This document shows positions 27,373 to 37,645 of a stretch of 64,000 nucleotides of DNA, piece after piece. Both the position numbers and the translations under genes were made by a program. Source of the DNA: Myxococcota bacterium (GTDB lineage Bacteria; Myxococcota_A; SURF-8); NCBI GenBank assembly GCA_965140415.1, contig OZ223209.1, positions 640,001 through 704,000 on the forward strand, read 5' to 3'. The notes below the pieces were generated by a model. That model saw only the letters and a program-made list of their open reading frames with translations. It searched no databases and was not told the origin of the DNA. The first letter of the stretch is position 1. Every line of letters begins with the position of its first letter.

Positions 27373-29361
27373 ATGTTCTGGTGCACAATGAAGTCTTACG
27401 CAATCAACGTTCTCGTCATCGGTTTGCTGCTTGTCGTGCAGGCTTGCTACCAGAACCCGGAACTGCCCAAAGCGTATGATTCCGCCAAAGCGGGTGATAC
27501 GAAGGCGGCGCACGAGCATTTCCAGCAAGCGATACTGCAAGGAAAAGGTGATGTTCTCCCGTTCAACGCCTACATCCGCTGGCAGATTGAAGCCCTGGCC
27601 CCTAGACTGGATGCTGCTCGGCAGGAATTCGATCAGGCGAGCGAAGCGACTTTCTTCGACGGGCTACAGACATCGATGCACGAACTGTTACAGGAACTGC
27701 GGGGCACGGAGGAGTTTCTACGCGAGCATTGCCAATGCGACCGCCAGGAAGATCTGAATTCCTTCAACTGGTTTCGTCAAAAGGCGCAGGAGCACCGCAA
27801 CCTCGCCCATTACCTGATCAATGAATCGAAACTTGCTGCAAAGAAATACCGTACCAAATCTAACCGGTTAACGATTTCCGGCGAGAATTACTATCGTTCC
27901 AATCAATTCGGACCGGCTTTCGACGCGCTGGATAAGGCTCTTCGCTATGACATTGGAAATCGTAAAGCGGCGGAACTGTTAGCCAATATCGAGCGATATC
28001 GAAAAGGTACCGAGTTGATCGAAGGAGTGCAACTCAAGCAGGCAGACGAGCACTTCATGGCAATGGTTGCCGATGGCGTACTGGTTCAGGCTGCAAAAGG
28101 GCAGCTTGACCTGATCAAACGTCGGCGTATCATGAGCCAGCATCACATTCATCAGGCGGAAATGTCGCTTGCTCGCAAGCAGTTTTCTGCCGCCCGGAAG
28201 TCGTTCTCGAATGCCAAGTCGCTGGATCGTGACCTGGAAGAATTGCTGTCCAAGCGCATTGTGACGGTGGCTTTACTGGAAGAAGCCTGGCTAAAGACCG
28301 ACCAAAACAACTATGAACAGGCTCTGGAACTCTTTCGACAGGCAGAAAAGGACTGGCCGGAAAATAAAACCATCCAAGCCTGGCGCAAGCGGAGCGAAGC
28401 GCAAGTCAATCATGATCAAGCCAAGCGCCTTGTCGCACAGGGCGAGACCTTGTTACTCGCCGGTCAGATCGAGGATGCCGAAAAGGCGTTTGCGGCAGTG
28501 TTGCAGATTCCAAAAGAAGGAAGGCGCGCCAAACGCGATATTCGCAAAGCACGCACGAAGGCTCGCAAACAGTTTGTAAAGCAGGCCCAAAAAGCCACTA
28601 AAGACGGAGACAAACTGACTGCCCGGAACAAGTATCGGCTTTGCTATGAAGCCTCCCAATACAAGCCCTGCATGTCCAAGCAAAAAGCCTTGGAAAAGAA
28701 ACTGATAGGTGGCTTGCTAAAGGATGGGAAGAAAGCGCTGGAAGCCAAGGAAAGCTTCTTGGCCTATGCCGCTTTCCAGGCGGTGCTTCAAATGAATGGC
28801 GAAAATGCCGATGCTCAAGCCGGTTTGCAACAGGCACAAGAAGCCTGTCAACCGGCCAGTTCGCTGGTTTTACACCTGGATTCGGAAATCGGTCATACGG
28901 TTGACCCGACCTGGCCAAGTTCGCTGGAAGAAGTTCTAAAAGCGAAAAACCTGCGTTTTCACTGGGCAAATCCGGAAGAGACAAGCACTACTCCTGGACG
29001 GCATGTGTTGATTACCGTGCTGGCTCCGGCGCCGCCTGCCAGAGAAACTCAAGCTGCTCAGGAAAAGTCCACTGAAGATGAAAAGGCTGAAAACGCTCAG
29101 GAAACTTCGGAGTCTGTTGAATCAGTTCCCGAAGCAAAAACAGCGGAAGGGTTCGAGTTGTATACCGTACTCGATTTTCGCACTGTTCCCGAAGGAGGGA
29201 TGGCTACGCTGTTGGAATCCTATGTGAATTCGGAAATCCTGGCTCACATCGATGCGCCGCAAGAAGGCGCATCCGCCAAGCAGGTCGTGCAACGCTATCT
29301 GCTTCACCTTACCCCCGCTTCCAAGGTGGATTGGCTGTCTGTGGCCTCATCCGGTCACTAG
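27373..29361 (+). CDS. Large TPR-like lipoprotein of unknown function
   Basis: Lipobox VQAC; long all-helical TPR-like body. Confidence 0.65.
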   Translation: MFWCTMKSYAINVLVIGLLLVVQACYQNPELPKAYDSAKAGDTKAAHEHFQQAILQGKGDVLPFNAYIRWQIEALAPRLDAARQEFDQASEATFFDGLQTSMHELLQELRGTEEFLREHCQCDRQEDLNSFNWFRQKAQEHRNLAHYLINESKLAAKKYRTKSNRLTISGENYYRSNQFGPAFDALDKALRYDIGNRKAAELLANIERYRKGTELIEGVQLKQADEHFMAMVADGVLVQAAKGQLDLIKRRRIMSQHHIHQAEMSLARKQFSAARKSFSNAKSLDRDLEELLSKRIVTVALLEEAWLKTDQNNYEQALELFRQAEKDWPENKTIQAWRKRSEAQVNHDQAKRLVAQGETLLLAGQIEDAEKAFAAVLQIPKEGRRAKRDIRKARTKARKQFVKQAQKATKDGDKLTARNKYRLCYEASQYKPCMSKQKALEKKLIGGLLKDGKKALEAKESFLAYAAFQAVLQMNGENADAQAGLQQAQEACQPASSLVLHLDSEIGHTVDPTWPSSLEEVLKAKNLRFHWANPEETSTTPGRHVLITVLAPAPPARETQAAQEKSTEDEKAENAQETSESVESVPEAKTAEGFELYTVLDFRTVPEGGMATLLESYVNSEILAHIDAPQEGASAKQVVQRYLLHLTPASKVDWLSVASSGH

Positions 29362-29391
29362 CAAAGTGTTTGAAATAATTTGGGAAATTAG

Positions 29392-29421
29392 GATGGTTCA
29401 AGGCTCCCGTCTTGAACCATC
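29392..29421. terminator. Perfect 11-bp hairpin, possible terminator
   Basis: GATGGTTCAAG-N8-CTTGAACCATC; U-tract is weak. Confidence 0.5.
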
Positions 29422-29509
29422 AGTTTCCGGCTAGGGATTGTGTCCCGACCATGAAGACAAACGTGAGGAGCAGGGCAGGAGCCCATGCTCCAACGCGGGA
29501 AATCCTACT

Positions 29510-29537
29510 GGATTCCTCCGCATGCGCGGGGAATGAC
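29510..29537. repeat. Single REP/dRS3-like palindrome
   Basis: GGATTCCTCCGCATGCGCGGGGAATGAC resembles the GGATTCCCGC...GCGGGAATGAC repeat class. Confidence 0.45.
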
Positions 29538-29763
29538 ATTCGCTTCGCAAAAATGAAATTAGGACCCTTCCAACCATACACATCTTATAAAATTACTTAT
29601 GACAATTCTGTGACATACCGAAACATGTATGCTACTCTAATAGAATACGAGCCGCAAAAATACGGCGGGCTCACGCTTTTTGGAATGAAGACCTGCACCA
29701 ATCGGTTCTAACATCTATGATGGGTATTCGATTTCGCCGAATGCAAACCAGGATAAGAAAGGG

Positions 29764-31830
29764 ATGGGCACCATGGCAAATGGTCAAAAACTTCTCGATA
29801 CTTTATCCAGTCGACTGGATCAGGAAGTGTTCCGCAACCTCAATTGGGAAGGCTCGCTGGAAGATTATTTCGACATCGTTCGCCAGCAGCCGGATATTGT
29901 GCGGACCGCATTCCAGCGTATGTACGACATGATCATCTCCTACGGCTTCACGGAATACGTCGATGCCAAGAAGAAGATCACGCACTATAACTTCTTCGAT
30001 GATCCCATTGGCAAGGGGCGCGACGCCGTTTTCGGCATCGACATTCCACTGATGAAGCTGGTCAACCTGTTCCGCTCTGCCGCGCAGCAATATGGAACCG
30101 AAAAGCGTGTCATTCTGCTGCATGGTCCGGTGGGTTCCGCCAAAAGCACCATCGTGCGACTGTTGAAGCGCGGCATGGAGGCTTACTCACGCCAGAACGA
30201 AGGCGCGCTATACTCCTATGCCTGGGATATTCCAAAGGATTTCGGACCGGATGGTCTGGTTCCCTGTCCGATGCACGAAGAACCGCTGCACCTGATCCCG
30301 GAAGAGTATCGCGAGGAATTGCTGGCGGATCTGCTGCCTTCCAGCGGCAGCGACAGCAAACCCTATCGCTACAATGTAGAGGGCGGGCTGTGTCCGGTTT
30401 GTCGTTATTACTTCCACAACCTGCGCAAACGTTACGATGGCGATTGGGCCAAGATGCTGACCAAGCACATCAAGGTGCGCCGCATTTCGTTAAGCGAAAA
30501 AGACCGTGTCGGCATCGGTACTTTCCAGCCCAAGGATGAAAAGAACCAGGATTCCACCGAGTTGACGGGTGATGTCAACTACCGCAAAATCGCGGAATAC
30601 GGTTCCGATTCCGATCCGCGCGCCTTTAACTTCGATGGTGAGTTCAATATCGCCAACCGGGGTGTGATCGAGTTCATCGAGGTGTTGAAGCTCGATGTGG
30701 CCTTCCTCTACGATCTGCTGGGAGCGTCGCAGGAGCATATGATCAAACCGAAGAAATTCGCCCAGACCGATATCGATGAAGTCATCATCGGTCATACCAA
30801 TGCGCCTGAATACAAGAAGTTGCAGAACAACGAGTACATGGAGGCGCTACGCGACAGAACCGTCAAGATCGACATTCCCTACATCACGCGCATGACGCAC
30901 GAAACGAACATCTACAAGAAAGACTACGAAAAGAAGAAGATTCCCATGCACATCGCGCCGCATACCTTCGAGGTTGCCTCGATGTGGGCGGTGCTGACGC
31001 GTTTGGAGGAACCGACGCAGGGCACCATTACGATGCTACAGAAAATGAAACTGTACGACGGTCGCTCCCTGCCCGATTTCACGGAAGACACCGTAGTGGA
31101 GCTTCGTAAAAGCGGCAGCAGCGAAGGCATGCAGGGCATCAGTCCGCGTTTCATTCAGGACAAAATCAGCAACACGCTGGTGCGTTTTGCCGACGAGGGC
31201 CACATCAGCCCCTTCATGGTCATGAACGAACTGGAAGCCGGATTGCGGCACCATTCGCTGATCACCAACGAAAAGGATCGGGACCGGTACCGGGAACTGC
31301 TTTCGGTGGTCAAGAAGGAATACGAAGAGATCATTAAAAACGAAGTGCAGCGCGCCATCAGCGCCGATGAAGACGCCATCCGCAAATTGTGTTCCAACTA
31401 TGTGGACAACATCAAGGCGTACACGCTGCGGGAGAAGATCAAGAATCCTTACACCGGTCACTTCGATGAGCCGGACGAGCGCCTGATGCGTTCGATCGAG
31501 GAGAAAATCAACATTCCCGAAACGCGTAAGGATGATTTCCGGCGGGAGATCATGAACTACATCGGCGCGTTGGCTTTGGATGGCAAGCAGTTCGATTATC
31601 GCAGCAACGAGCGGCTGGATCGCGCCTTGGAAATGAAACTGTTCGAAGATCAGAAAGACGCCATCAAGCTGACCAGTCTGGTCTCCAATGTGGTGGACAA
31701 AGAGGCGCAGGAAAAGATCGATATCGTGAAAAGCCGCTTGATCAAGAACTACGGGTACAACGAGCAGTCGGCCACCGACGTGCTCAATTACGTGGCGAGC
31801 ATCTTCGCTCGCGGCGACTCGAAGGGCTGA
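29764..31830 (+). CDS. prkA: PrkA/YeaG family AAA+ protein (annotated serine kinase)
   Basis: [40 protein letters not shown]. Confidence 0.95.
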   Translation: MGTMANGQKLLDTLSSRLDQEVFRNLNWEGSLEDYFDIVRQQPDIVRTAFQRMYDMIISYGFTEYVDAKKKITHYNFFDDPIGKGRDAVFGIDIPLMKLVNLFRSAAQQYGTEKRVILLHGPVGSAKSTIVRLLKRGMEAYSRQNEGALYSYAWDIPKDFGPDGLVPCPMHEEPLHLIPEEYREELLADLLPSSGSDSKPYRYNVEGGLCPVCRYYFHNLRKRYDGDWAKMLTKHIKVRRISLSEKDRVGIGTFQPKDEKNQDSTELTGDVNYRKIAEYGSDSDPRAFNFDGEFNIANRGVIEFIEVLKLDVAFLYDLLGASQEHMIKPKKFAQTDIDEVIIGHTNAPEYKKLQNNEYMEALRDRTVKIDIPYITRMTHETNIYKKDYEKKKIPMHIAPHTFEVASMWAVLTRLEEPTQGTITMLQKMKLYDGRSLPDFTEDTVVELRKSGSSEGMQGISPRFIQDKISNTLVRFADEGHISPFMVMNELEAGLRHHSLITNEKDRDRYRELLSVVKKEYEEIIKNEVQRAISADEDAIRKLCSNYVDNIKAYTLREKIKNPYTGHFDEPDERLMRSIEEKINIPETRKDDFRREIMNYIGALALDGKQFDYRSNERLDRALEMKLFEDQKDAIKLTSLVSNVVDKEAQEKIDIVKSRLIKNYGYNEQSATDVLNYVASIFARGDSKG

Positions 31831-31871
31831 AAGCTGCGTCATAGATAGCGATAACCGGGAAGCGAGGAATC

Positions 31872-32987
31872 ATGGGCGTCCTGACTATTCGAGGAGATCA
31901 CGCTCGATTCAAGCAGATTGTGCGCGGTGCGATCAAGCGGGATCTGAAAAAATACGTCACCAAAGGCGAGATGATCGGTCGGCGCGGCAAGGATACCATT
32001 TCCATTCCGATTCCGCAGATCGACATCCCGCGTTTCAAATTCGGTCCGCAGGAGCAGGGCGGTGTCAGCCAGGGCGATGGCGAACCGGGCGATCCGCTGG
32101 ATAGCGGCGAAGAGGGTGAAGGTTCCGGGCAGGGTGAAGCCGGAGATCAGCCCGGCGAACACGAACTGGAAGTGGAAGTCACCTTAAAAGAACTGGCCGA
32201 GATTCTGGGCGAGGAGTTGCAGCTTCCGCGCATCGAACCGAAAGGTGCGGACAAGATCCGTTATACGGTCGACAAGTACCGGGGCATCCGCAAAACCGGT
32301 CCGGAGTCGTTGCGCCATTTTAAACGGACCTACCGCGAAGCGCTCAAGCGTCATATCTCGACCGGCATCTACAATCCCGATCGGCCCATCGTGGTGCCGG
32401 TGCGCGAAGACAAGCGCTACCGGAGCTGGAAAACCATTCCGGAGCCGCAGTACAACGCCGTCATTTTCTACATCATGGATGTTTCCGGTTCGATGGGCGA
32501 CGAGCAGAAGGAGATGGTGCGTATCGAATCCTTCTGGATCGATACCTGGCTGCAAAGCCAATACAAAGGCTTGGAAAGCCGTTACATCATTCACGACGCC
32601 ACCGCCCGCGAGGTCGACCGGGACACCTTTTTCCGTACCAAGGAATCCGGCGGCACCGTGATTTCATCCAGTTACAAACTGGCGTTGGAGATCATGGAAG
32701 AGGATTACCCGACCAGCGACTGGAACATTTACGTGTTTCAGTTTTCCGACGGCGATAACTGGTCCACCGACGATACCCAGCTTTGCATGGAACTGCTGGA
32801 AAAGAAATTGCTGCCTGCCGTTAACCTGTTTGGTTACGGCCAGGTGCGCTCCTTTTTCGGTAGCGGGCAGTATATTCTGGATTTGAAGGCGTCGATCAAG
32901 GAAACGGAAAATCTGGTGTTGAGCGAGATCCCCGATAAAGAGGCGATCTACAACTCGATCAAGGATTTTCTGGGTAAAGGAAAATAA
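31872..32987 (+). CDS. yeaH: YeaH/YhbH (DUF444) vWA-like protein
   Basis: [23 protein letters not shown]; operon context. Confidence 0.93.
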   Translation: MGVLTIRGDHARFKQIVRGAIKRDLKKYVTKGEMIGRRGKDTISIPIPQIDIPRFKFGPQEQGGVSQGDGEPGDPLDSGEEGEGSGQGEAGDQPGEHELEVEVTLKELAEILGEELQLPRIEPKGADKIRYTVDKYRGIRKTGPESLRHFKRTYREALKRHISTGIYNPDRPIVVPVREDKRYRSWKTIPEPQYNAVIFYIMDVSGSMGDEQKEMVRIESFWIDTWLQSQYKGLESRYIIHDATAREVDRDTFFRTKESGGTVISSSYKLALEIMEEDYPTSDWNIYVFQFSDGDNWSTDDTQLCMELLEKKLLPAVNLFGYGQVRSFFGSGQYILDLKASIKETENLVLSEIPDKEAIYNSIKDFLGKGK

Positions 32988-33026
32988 GCTGTCGGACTTG
33001 GCTTCGGCGGCAGGAAAGGATTTGCG

Positions 33027-34550
33027 ATGCTGACTCCGGAACTGGAAGCGATACGCACCCAGATCGAGCAAATCGCTAAAGATTACGGCCTGGACTTCTA
33101 TACCACCATTTTCGAACTGCTGGATTATCGGCAGATTTCGGAAATCGCCGCCTATGGCGGATTTCCTACGCGCTACCCGCACTGGCGCTACGGCATGGAA
33201 TACGAAAAGCTCTACAAAGGGTACATCTTCGGCGGGCAGCGGATCTACGAAATGGTGATCAACAACAACCCCTGTTATGCCTATCTGCTAAACAGCAATC
33301 CGGTATACGATCAGAAAACCGTGATGGCGCATGTGTATGGCCACTGCGATTTCTTCAAGAACAACCTGTACTTCAGTGCTACAAACCGCAAGATGATCGA
33401 CGAAATGGCCAATCATGCCGCCCGCATCCGGCGCTATATCGATCGTTTCGGCATCGAAGAGGTGGAAACCTTTCTCGACCAGGCGCTCTCCTTGGAAAAT
33501 TTGATCGATCCTCACGCTACGCATATTTCCCGCAAGGCGCGTCCTCTGACGGAAGAAGAGCAGAAGCTGGCGCAGGAAATCCCGCGCATCAAAACCAAGA
33601 AGTACATGGAAAACTATGTGAACCCGAAGGAGTATATCGAGGCGCAGCAAGAAAAGATGCGCAAGGAAAAGGAAGATAGCGAGCAGCGTTTTCCGGTGGA
33701 ACCGGTGCGCGACGTGCTTGAGTTCCTGATCGATCACGCGCCGCTCAAAGACTGGCAGCAGGATATTCTTTCCATTATCCGCGAAGAGGCCTACTACTTT
33801 GCGCCGCAATGGATGACCAAGATCATGAACGAAGGCTGGGCGGTGTACTGGCACAGCCAGATCATGACCAAGCATATGGTCGATGCCTCCGAGATCATCA
33901 GCTATGCCGATCATCACTCCGGTGTAATCGCCATGAGCAAAGGGAATTTCAATCCGTACAAGGTGGGGTTGGAGTTGTTCCTGGATATCGAGGAGCGCTG
34001 GAACAAGGGCCGCTTCGGGCGCGAGTATGCCGAATGCGACAATATGAGCGAAAAACTCAATTGGGACAAGCAACTGGGCCTGGGTAGGGAGAAAATGTTC
34101 GAGGTGCGCAAGCTCTACAACGACGTGACCTTCATCGATGAGTTTCTTACGCCGGAATTCTGCATCGAACACAAGCTGTTTACCTACGGTTACAACAAAC
34201 GACAGGAACGCTGGGAAGTCACCTCGCGGCGCTTCGAGGACATCAAGCAGATGTTGCTGACAAACCTCACCAATGGAGGAAATCCCTTCATTTACGTCAC
34301 CGACGGCAACTATCAGAATCGCGGGGAACTGTATCTGGTTCACCAGCACGAAGGGGTGGACTTGAAACTGGATTATGCGCGCGATACGTTGCGGAACCTG
34401 GAACGCGTCTGGCATCGCCCGGTGGTGATCGAAACGGTGATTCAGGAGAGTATCACGCAGATTCGCTTCGATGGGCAGAATTACTCGATTGAACAGATCG
34501 GCGAAATACCCAAAGCGGAAGAACCACATGCCAATGGAATCGGAATCTGA
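33027..34550 (+). CDS. spoVR: SpoVR/YcgB family protein
   Basis: [48 protein letters not shown]. Confidence 0.95.
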   Translation: MLTPELEAIRTQIEQIAKDYGLDFYTTIFELLDYRQISEIAAYGGFPTRYPHWRYGMEYEKLYKGYIFGGQRIYEMVINNNPCYAYLLNSNPVYDQKTVMAHVYGHCDFFKNNLYFSATNRKMIDEMANHAARIRRYIDRFGIEEVETFLDQALSLENLIDPHATHISRKARPLTEEEQKLAQEIPRIKTKKYMENYVNPKEYIEAQQEKMRKEKEDSEQRFPVEPVRDVLEFLIDHAPLKDWQQDILSIIREEAYYFAPQWMTKIMNEGWAVYWHSQIMTKHMVDASEIISYADHHSGVIAMSKGNFNPYKVGLELFLDIEERWNKGRFGREYAECDNMSEKLNWDKQLGLGREKMFEVRKLYNDVTFIDEFLTPEFCIEHKLFTYGYNKRQERWEVTSRRFEDIKQMLLTNLTNGGNPFIYVTDGNYQNRGELYLVHQHEGVDLKLDYARDTLRNLERVWHRPVVIETVIQESITQIRFDGQNYSIEQIGEIPKAEEPHANGIGI

Positions 34551-34588
34551 TGTGATTCCGGTTGGATAGAGTAATTTTGGATTTGTAG

Positions 34589-34620
34589 GATGGGCATTTA
34601 CCATGCCCATCTTTTCCTTT
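34589..34620 (+). terminator. Intrinsic terminator after spoVR
   Basis: GATGGGCAT-TTACC-ATGCCCATC followed by TTTTCCTTT. Confidence 0.8.
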
Positions 34621-34670
34621 CGATAGAACAGCGCACAGCAAAATTCCCCTCAAATTTTCTTTCCCACAAA

Positions 34671-34704
34671 ATTGATTGACAAGTCAATCAATGGCTGTTA
34701 GCTT
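34671..34704 (+). promoter_or_regulatory. Putative TetR operator overlapping the -35 of the catabolic operon promoter
   Basis: Perfect palindrome ATTGATTGAC-AA-GTCAATCAAT (34671-34692) containing TTGACA; TG-N-TAGCTT 17 bp later. Confidence 0.82.
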
Positions 34705-34745
34705 TTTTACCGGATTAAAAAATCAATCTGGAAGGATGTAGCAGC

Positions 34746-35363
34746 ATGGGTAAGCAGAACGGCCACACACCCAAAGGTGAGGCGCGTGAGGATCTGATAT
34801 TACGGGCGGCCTGTCAGGTCATCCGGGAAAAGGGCTTTCATCGCGCCCGCATGGCGGATATTGCAGACCGGGCGGAGATCAGCTATGGGTTGGCCTATCA
34901 CTATTTCGCCAATAAAGACGGCGTGTTCGACGCCATTTTCGCCCGCTGGAACGAAAGCCTGTTTGCAGAGCTTGACCGCATCGCAGAAGATGTGCACGGC
35001 ATCGAAAAGCAACTGGCCAGCTTGATCGAATACTTTCTGGATGCCTACGAACACCAGCCGGATCTGGTGCATATTTTCATTACCGAATTCAGCCGTTCAA
35101 GCCACAACCTGAATCCCGAACGCCTGACGCATTTTAAAAACTTCATCGCCCGCACAGTGAACCTGATTAAAAATGCTCAGGAAAACGGAGAGTTACGCAC
35201 GGATATCAAGGCGCATTATCTGGCCTATCTTTTTTTGGGTGGTTTGGAAACGTTCTTGTCGTCGATGGTGCTGGAAAACCAGGCCATCGATGGCGCGCGC
35301 ATGAAGCGCAACATTAAAGATGGATTACTGGATCTGTTTTTATCGGGAGCACGTCCCCGATAA
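34746..35363 (+). CDS. TetR/AcrR family transcriptional regulator
   Basis: ILRAACQVIREKGFHRARMADIADRAEISYGLAYHYFANKD. Confidence 0.93.
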   Translation: MGKQNGHTPKGEAREDLILRAACQVIREKGFHRARMADIADRAEISYGLAYHYFANKDGVFDAIFARWNESLFAELDRIAEDVHGIEKQLASLIEYFLDAYEHQPDLVHIFITEFSRSSHNLNPERLTHFKNFIARTVNLIKNAQENGELRTDIKAHYLAYLFLGGLETFLSSMVLENQAIDGARMKRNIKDGLLDLFLSGARPR

Positions 35364-35392
35364 CAGCGATTGTATAACCTGTGGAGGAAGCC

Positions 35393-36535
35393 ATGGACTT
35401 TGCATTGACCGAGGAACAACGCCTGTTTAAAGATCAGGTTGTTAAGTTCGCACGCAAGGAGATCGTGCCGCGCGTACTGGAGCACGAGCGCGCCCAGCAA
35501 TTCGACTTCGAATCCTGGCGCAAAATGGGGGAAATGGGCCTGTTGGGTCTGCATTTCCCGGAAAGCTACGGCGGTAGCGGCGCGGACGTCATGACCTGCA
35601 TTCTGGCCGGCGAGGCGCTAGGCGAGGCCGGAGTCGATGGCGGGTTGACGCTCTCTTATGGCGCGCATACCTATTTGTGCGCGGACACGATTTTCAGTCA
35701 CGGCAGCGAAGAGCAGAAACAGAAATACGTGCCAAAACTGGCCAGCGGCGAATGGATCGGCTGCATGGGGCTGACCGAGCCGGGTGCTGGCAGCGACGTG
35801 GCCGCCTTGCGCACGCGGGCGGATAAAACGGATGAAGGCTACGTGCTGAATGGCAGCAAGATCTTTATCACCAACGGTTCCATTGCGGATGTCGCCGTGA
35901 TCTACGCCAAGACCTCGCCGGAAGGCGGCCACGCAGGCATCAGCGCGTTCATCGTGGAAAAAGGCACGCCCGGTTTCAGTGTCAGCCGCAACCTGCATAA
36001 AATGGGCGTGCGTACCTCGCCAACTTCCGAACTGGCTTTCGAAGACTGCCTGATCCCGCACGAGAATCTGCTGGGTTTCGAGGGAGCCGGATTTTTAATG
36101 GCCATGCAGACGGTCGAATGGGACCGCTCGGCCTTGATCGCACCGTTTATCGGAAGCGTACAGAATGTGCTGGAAAAATGCGTGCGCTATTCGCAGGAAC
36201 GGGAGCAGTTTGGTCGGGCCATCGGGCAGTTCGACGCAGTGAAAGAGAAAATCGCCAACCTGAAGATCTTCATGGAGGCGGCGCGCACTTTGGTCTATCG
36301 CATCGCCTGGTGCAAGGATCAGGGGCGGCCCTTGAATCATCTGGAAGCGGCGGTGGCCAAGCTGTTCGTGGGTGACTGGTCGCTGGCACCGTTGAATGAC
36401 GCCGTTCTGTTGCACGGCGGCTATGGCTATACCGATGAATACGAGGTGGAGCGCGTTTTCCGCGACGGTCGCCTGGCGCCGATCGGCGGAGGCACCAGCG
36501 ATATCCAGAAACTCGTCATTTCCAAATTAATGTGA
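35393..36535 (+). CDS. Acyl-CoA dehydrogenase
   Basis: LTEPGAGSD, LNGSKIFITNG, KMGVR, HGGYGY, ERVFRD. Confidence 0.93.
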   Translation: MDFALTEEQRLFKDQVVKFARKEIVPRVLEHERAQQFDFESWRKMGEMGLLGLHFPESYGGSGADVMTCILAGEALGEAGVDGGLTLSYGAHTYLCADTIFSHGSEEQKQKYVPKLASGEWIGCMGLTEPGAGSDVAALRTRADKTDEGYVLNGSKIFITNGSIADVAVIYAKTSPEGGHAGISAFIVEKGTPGFSVSRNLHKMGVRTSPTSELAFEDCLIPHENLLGFEGAGFLMAMQTVEWDRSALIAPFIGSVQNVLEKCVRYSQEREQFGRAIGQFDAVKEKIANLKIFMEAARTLVYRIAWCKDQGRPLNHLEAAVAKLFVGDWSLAPLNDAVLLHGGYGYTDEYEVERVFRDGRLAPIGGGTSDIQKLVISKLM

Positions 36536-36545
36536 GGAGCGGGCA

Positions 36546-37643
36546 ATGAACTTCGAATGGCCCAAGCAAAGTAAAGAACGGATCGAATCCATCCGTGAAC
36601 TGTTTACCGAGGAGATGCTTTCGGCGCTGCTATTGGCGTCGCAGGCAGACGATAAAGAACTGGCGGCGCGCTGGAAAACATTGCTGCAAAAGCTGGAAAG
36701 CTGCGGATATTGGGAACTGGCGCAGCAGCAATTGAAAGAGGCGGACGTCAGTCTGTTGGCCGCGCTGGAAATCGAACTGGCCAAGCAAAACGCCGCACTG
36801 GCACTGGCTGCACAACAAACGCGCCTGTTCACGCAGGCGGCGTCTCTGCTGCCGGACTGCTATCCACCCAAACCGGGTGAGGCGCTGGTAAGTACCGTGC
36901 TGGTCGATTCGCAGTCTGCGCCAATTTTGGAGGAAAGCGGAGAAGGTTACAGCCTGTCCGGCCATGCGAGCATGGTTCCATTGGCTGCGCTGGCGGAATG
37001 GTTCGCCATCGAAGCACAGTTTAACGATAAGCCGGTGCTGGTGCTGGTCGAAGCGAGCGCTCATGGTGTTTCACGAAGCAGCGGAGTGCGCTGTAGCGGT
37101 TTGCATGCGCTGGCCTTTGCCGATGTTACCTTTGAACAAGTTGCGATCAGCCGGGAACGTTGCAGCAACCCGGACAAATCAAGCGGAGCGTTGCAGCAAC
37201 TACACGCCTTGCAGGATCTGGGATTGTGCGCAGCGGCGGCAGGCGTGATGCAGGCGGCGTTTACTGCCGCTCGCGCCAATGCGGAGAAAACCACGGAGCA
37301 GGGGCGCTCCAAGATGGCGCGTCAGCAGGTGCGCTATAAACTGGCGGAATTGTTGACTTTGAACCAGACGGCGGAGTGGATGCTGCTTCGGGCGGCGTGG
37401 CTGTTGCAAAGCGGCGATTTCGAAGCGTCAACGGTGGTGAAAAGCGCCAAAGTCTTCTGCGGGGAATCGGCCCACGAAGTCGCGCAGGCGGCGCTACAGA
37501 TCGCCGGTGTGGAAGGCTATCGCAGCGGTGCGGATTTCGAGCGTTTCGTGGCCGACAGCCGCTATCTGCTGCTGGCAGGAACGACGGCGGGTCAGGCCAA
37601 GTTGCAGATCGCCGATGATTTACTCAAGCGCTACGAGGTGTAA
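36546..37643 (+). CDS. Divergent acyl-CoA dehydrogenase-like protein (possible partner subunit)
   Basis: C-terminal ACAD helices (QQVRYKLAE, AKVFC, ALQIAGVEGY) but no TEPxxGSD motif. Confidence 0.75.
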   Translation: MNFEWPKQSKERIESIRELFTEEMLSALLLASQADDKELAARWKTLLQKLESCGYWELAQQQLKEADVSLLAALEIELAKQNAALALAAQQTRLFTQAASLLPDCYPPKPGEALVSTVLVDSQSAPILEESGEGYSLSGHASMVPLAALAEWFAIEAQFNDKPVLVLVEASAHGVSRSSGVRCSGLHALAFADVTFEQVAISRERCSNPDKSSGALQQLHALQDLGLCAAAAGVMQAAFTAARANAEKTTEQGRSKMARQQVRYKLAELLTLNQTAEWMLLRAAWLLQSGDFEASTVVKSAKVFCGESAHEVAQAALQIAGVEGYRSGADFERFVADSRYLLLAGTTAGQAKLQIADDLLKRYEV

Positions 37644-37645
37644 CG

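Noticed and set aside
29764-34550. prkA-yeaH-spoVR as a novel system
   Set aside because: Widespread, already described three-gene module with canonical order
33288-34610. 440-aa minus-strand ORF
   Set aside because: Antisense to spoVR
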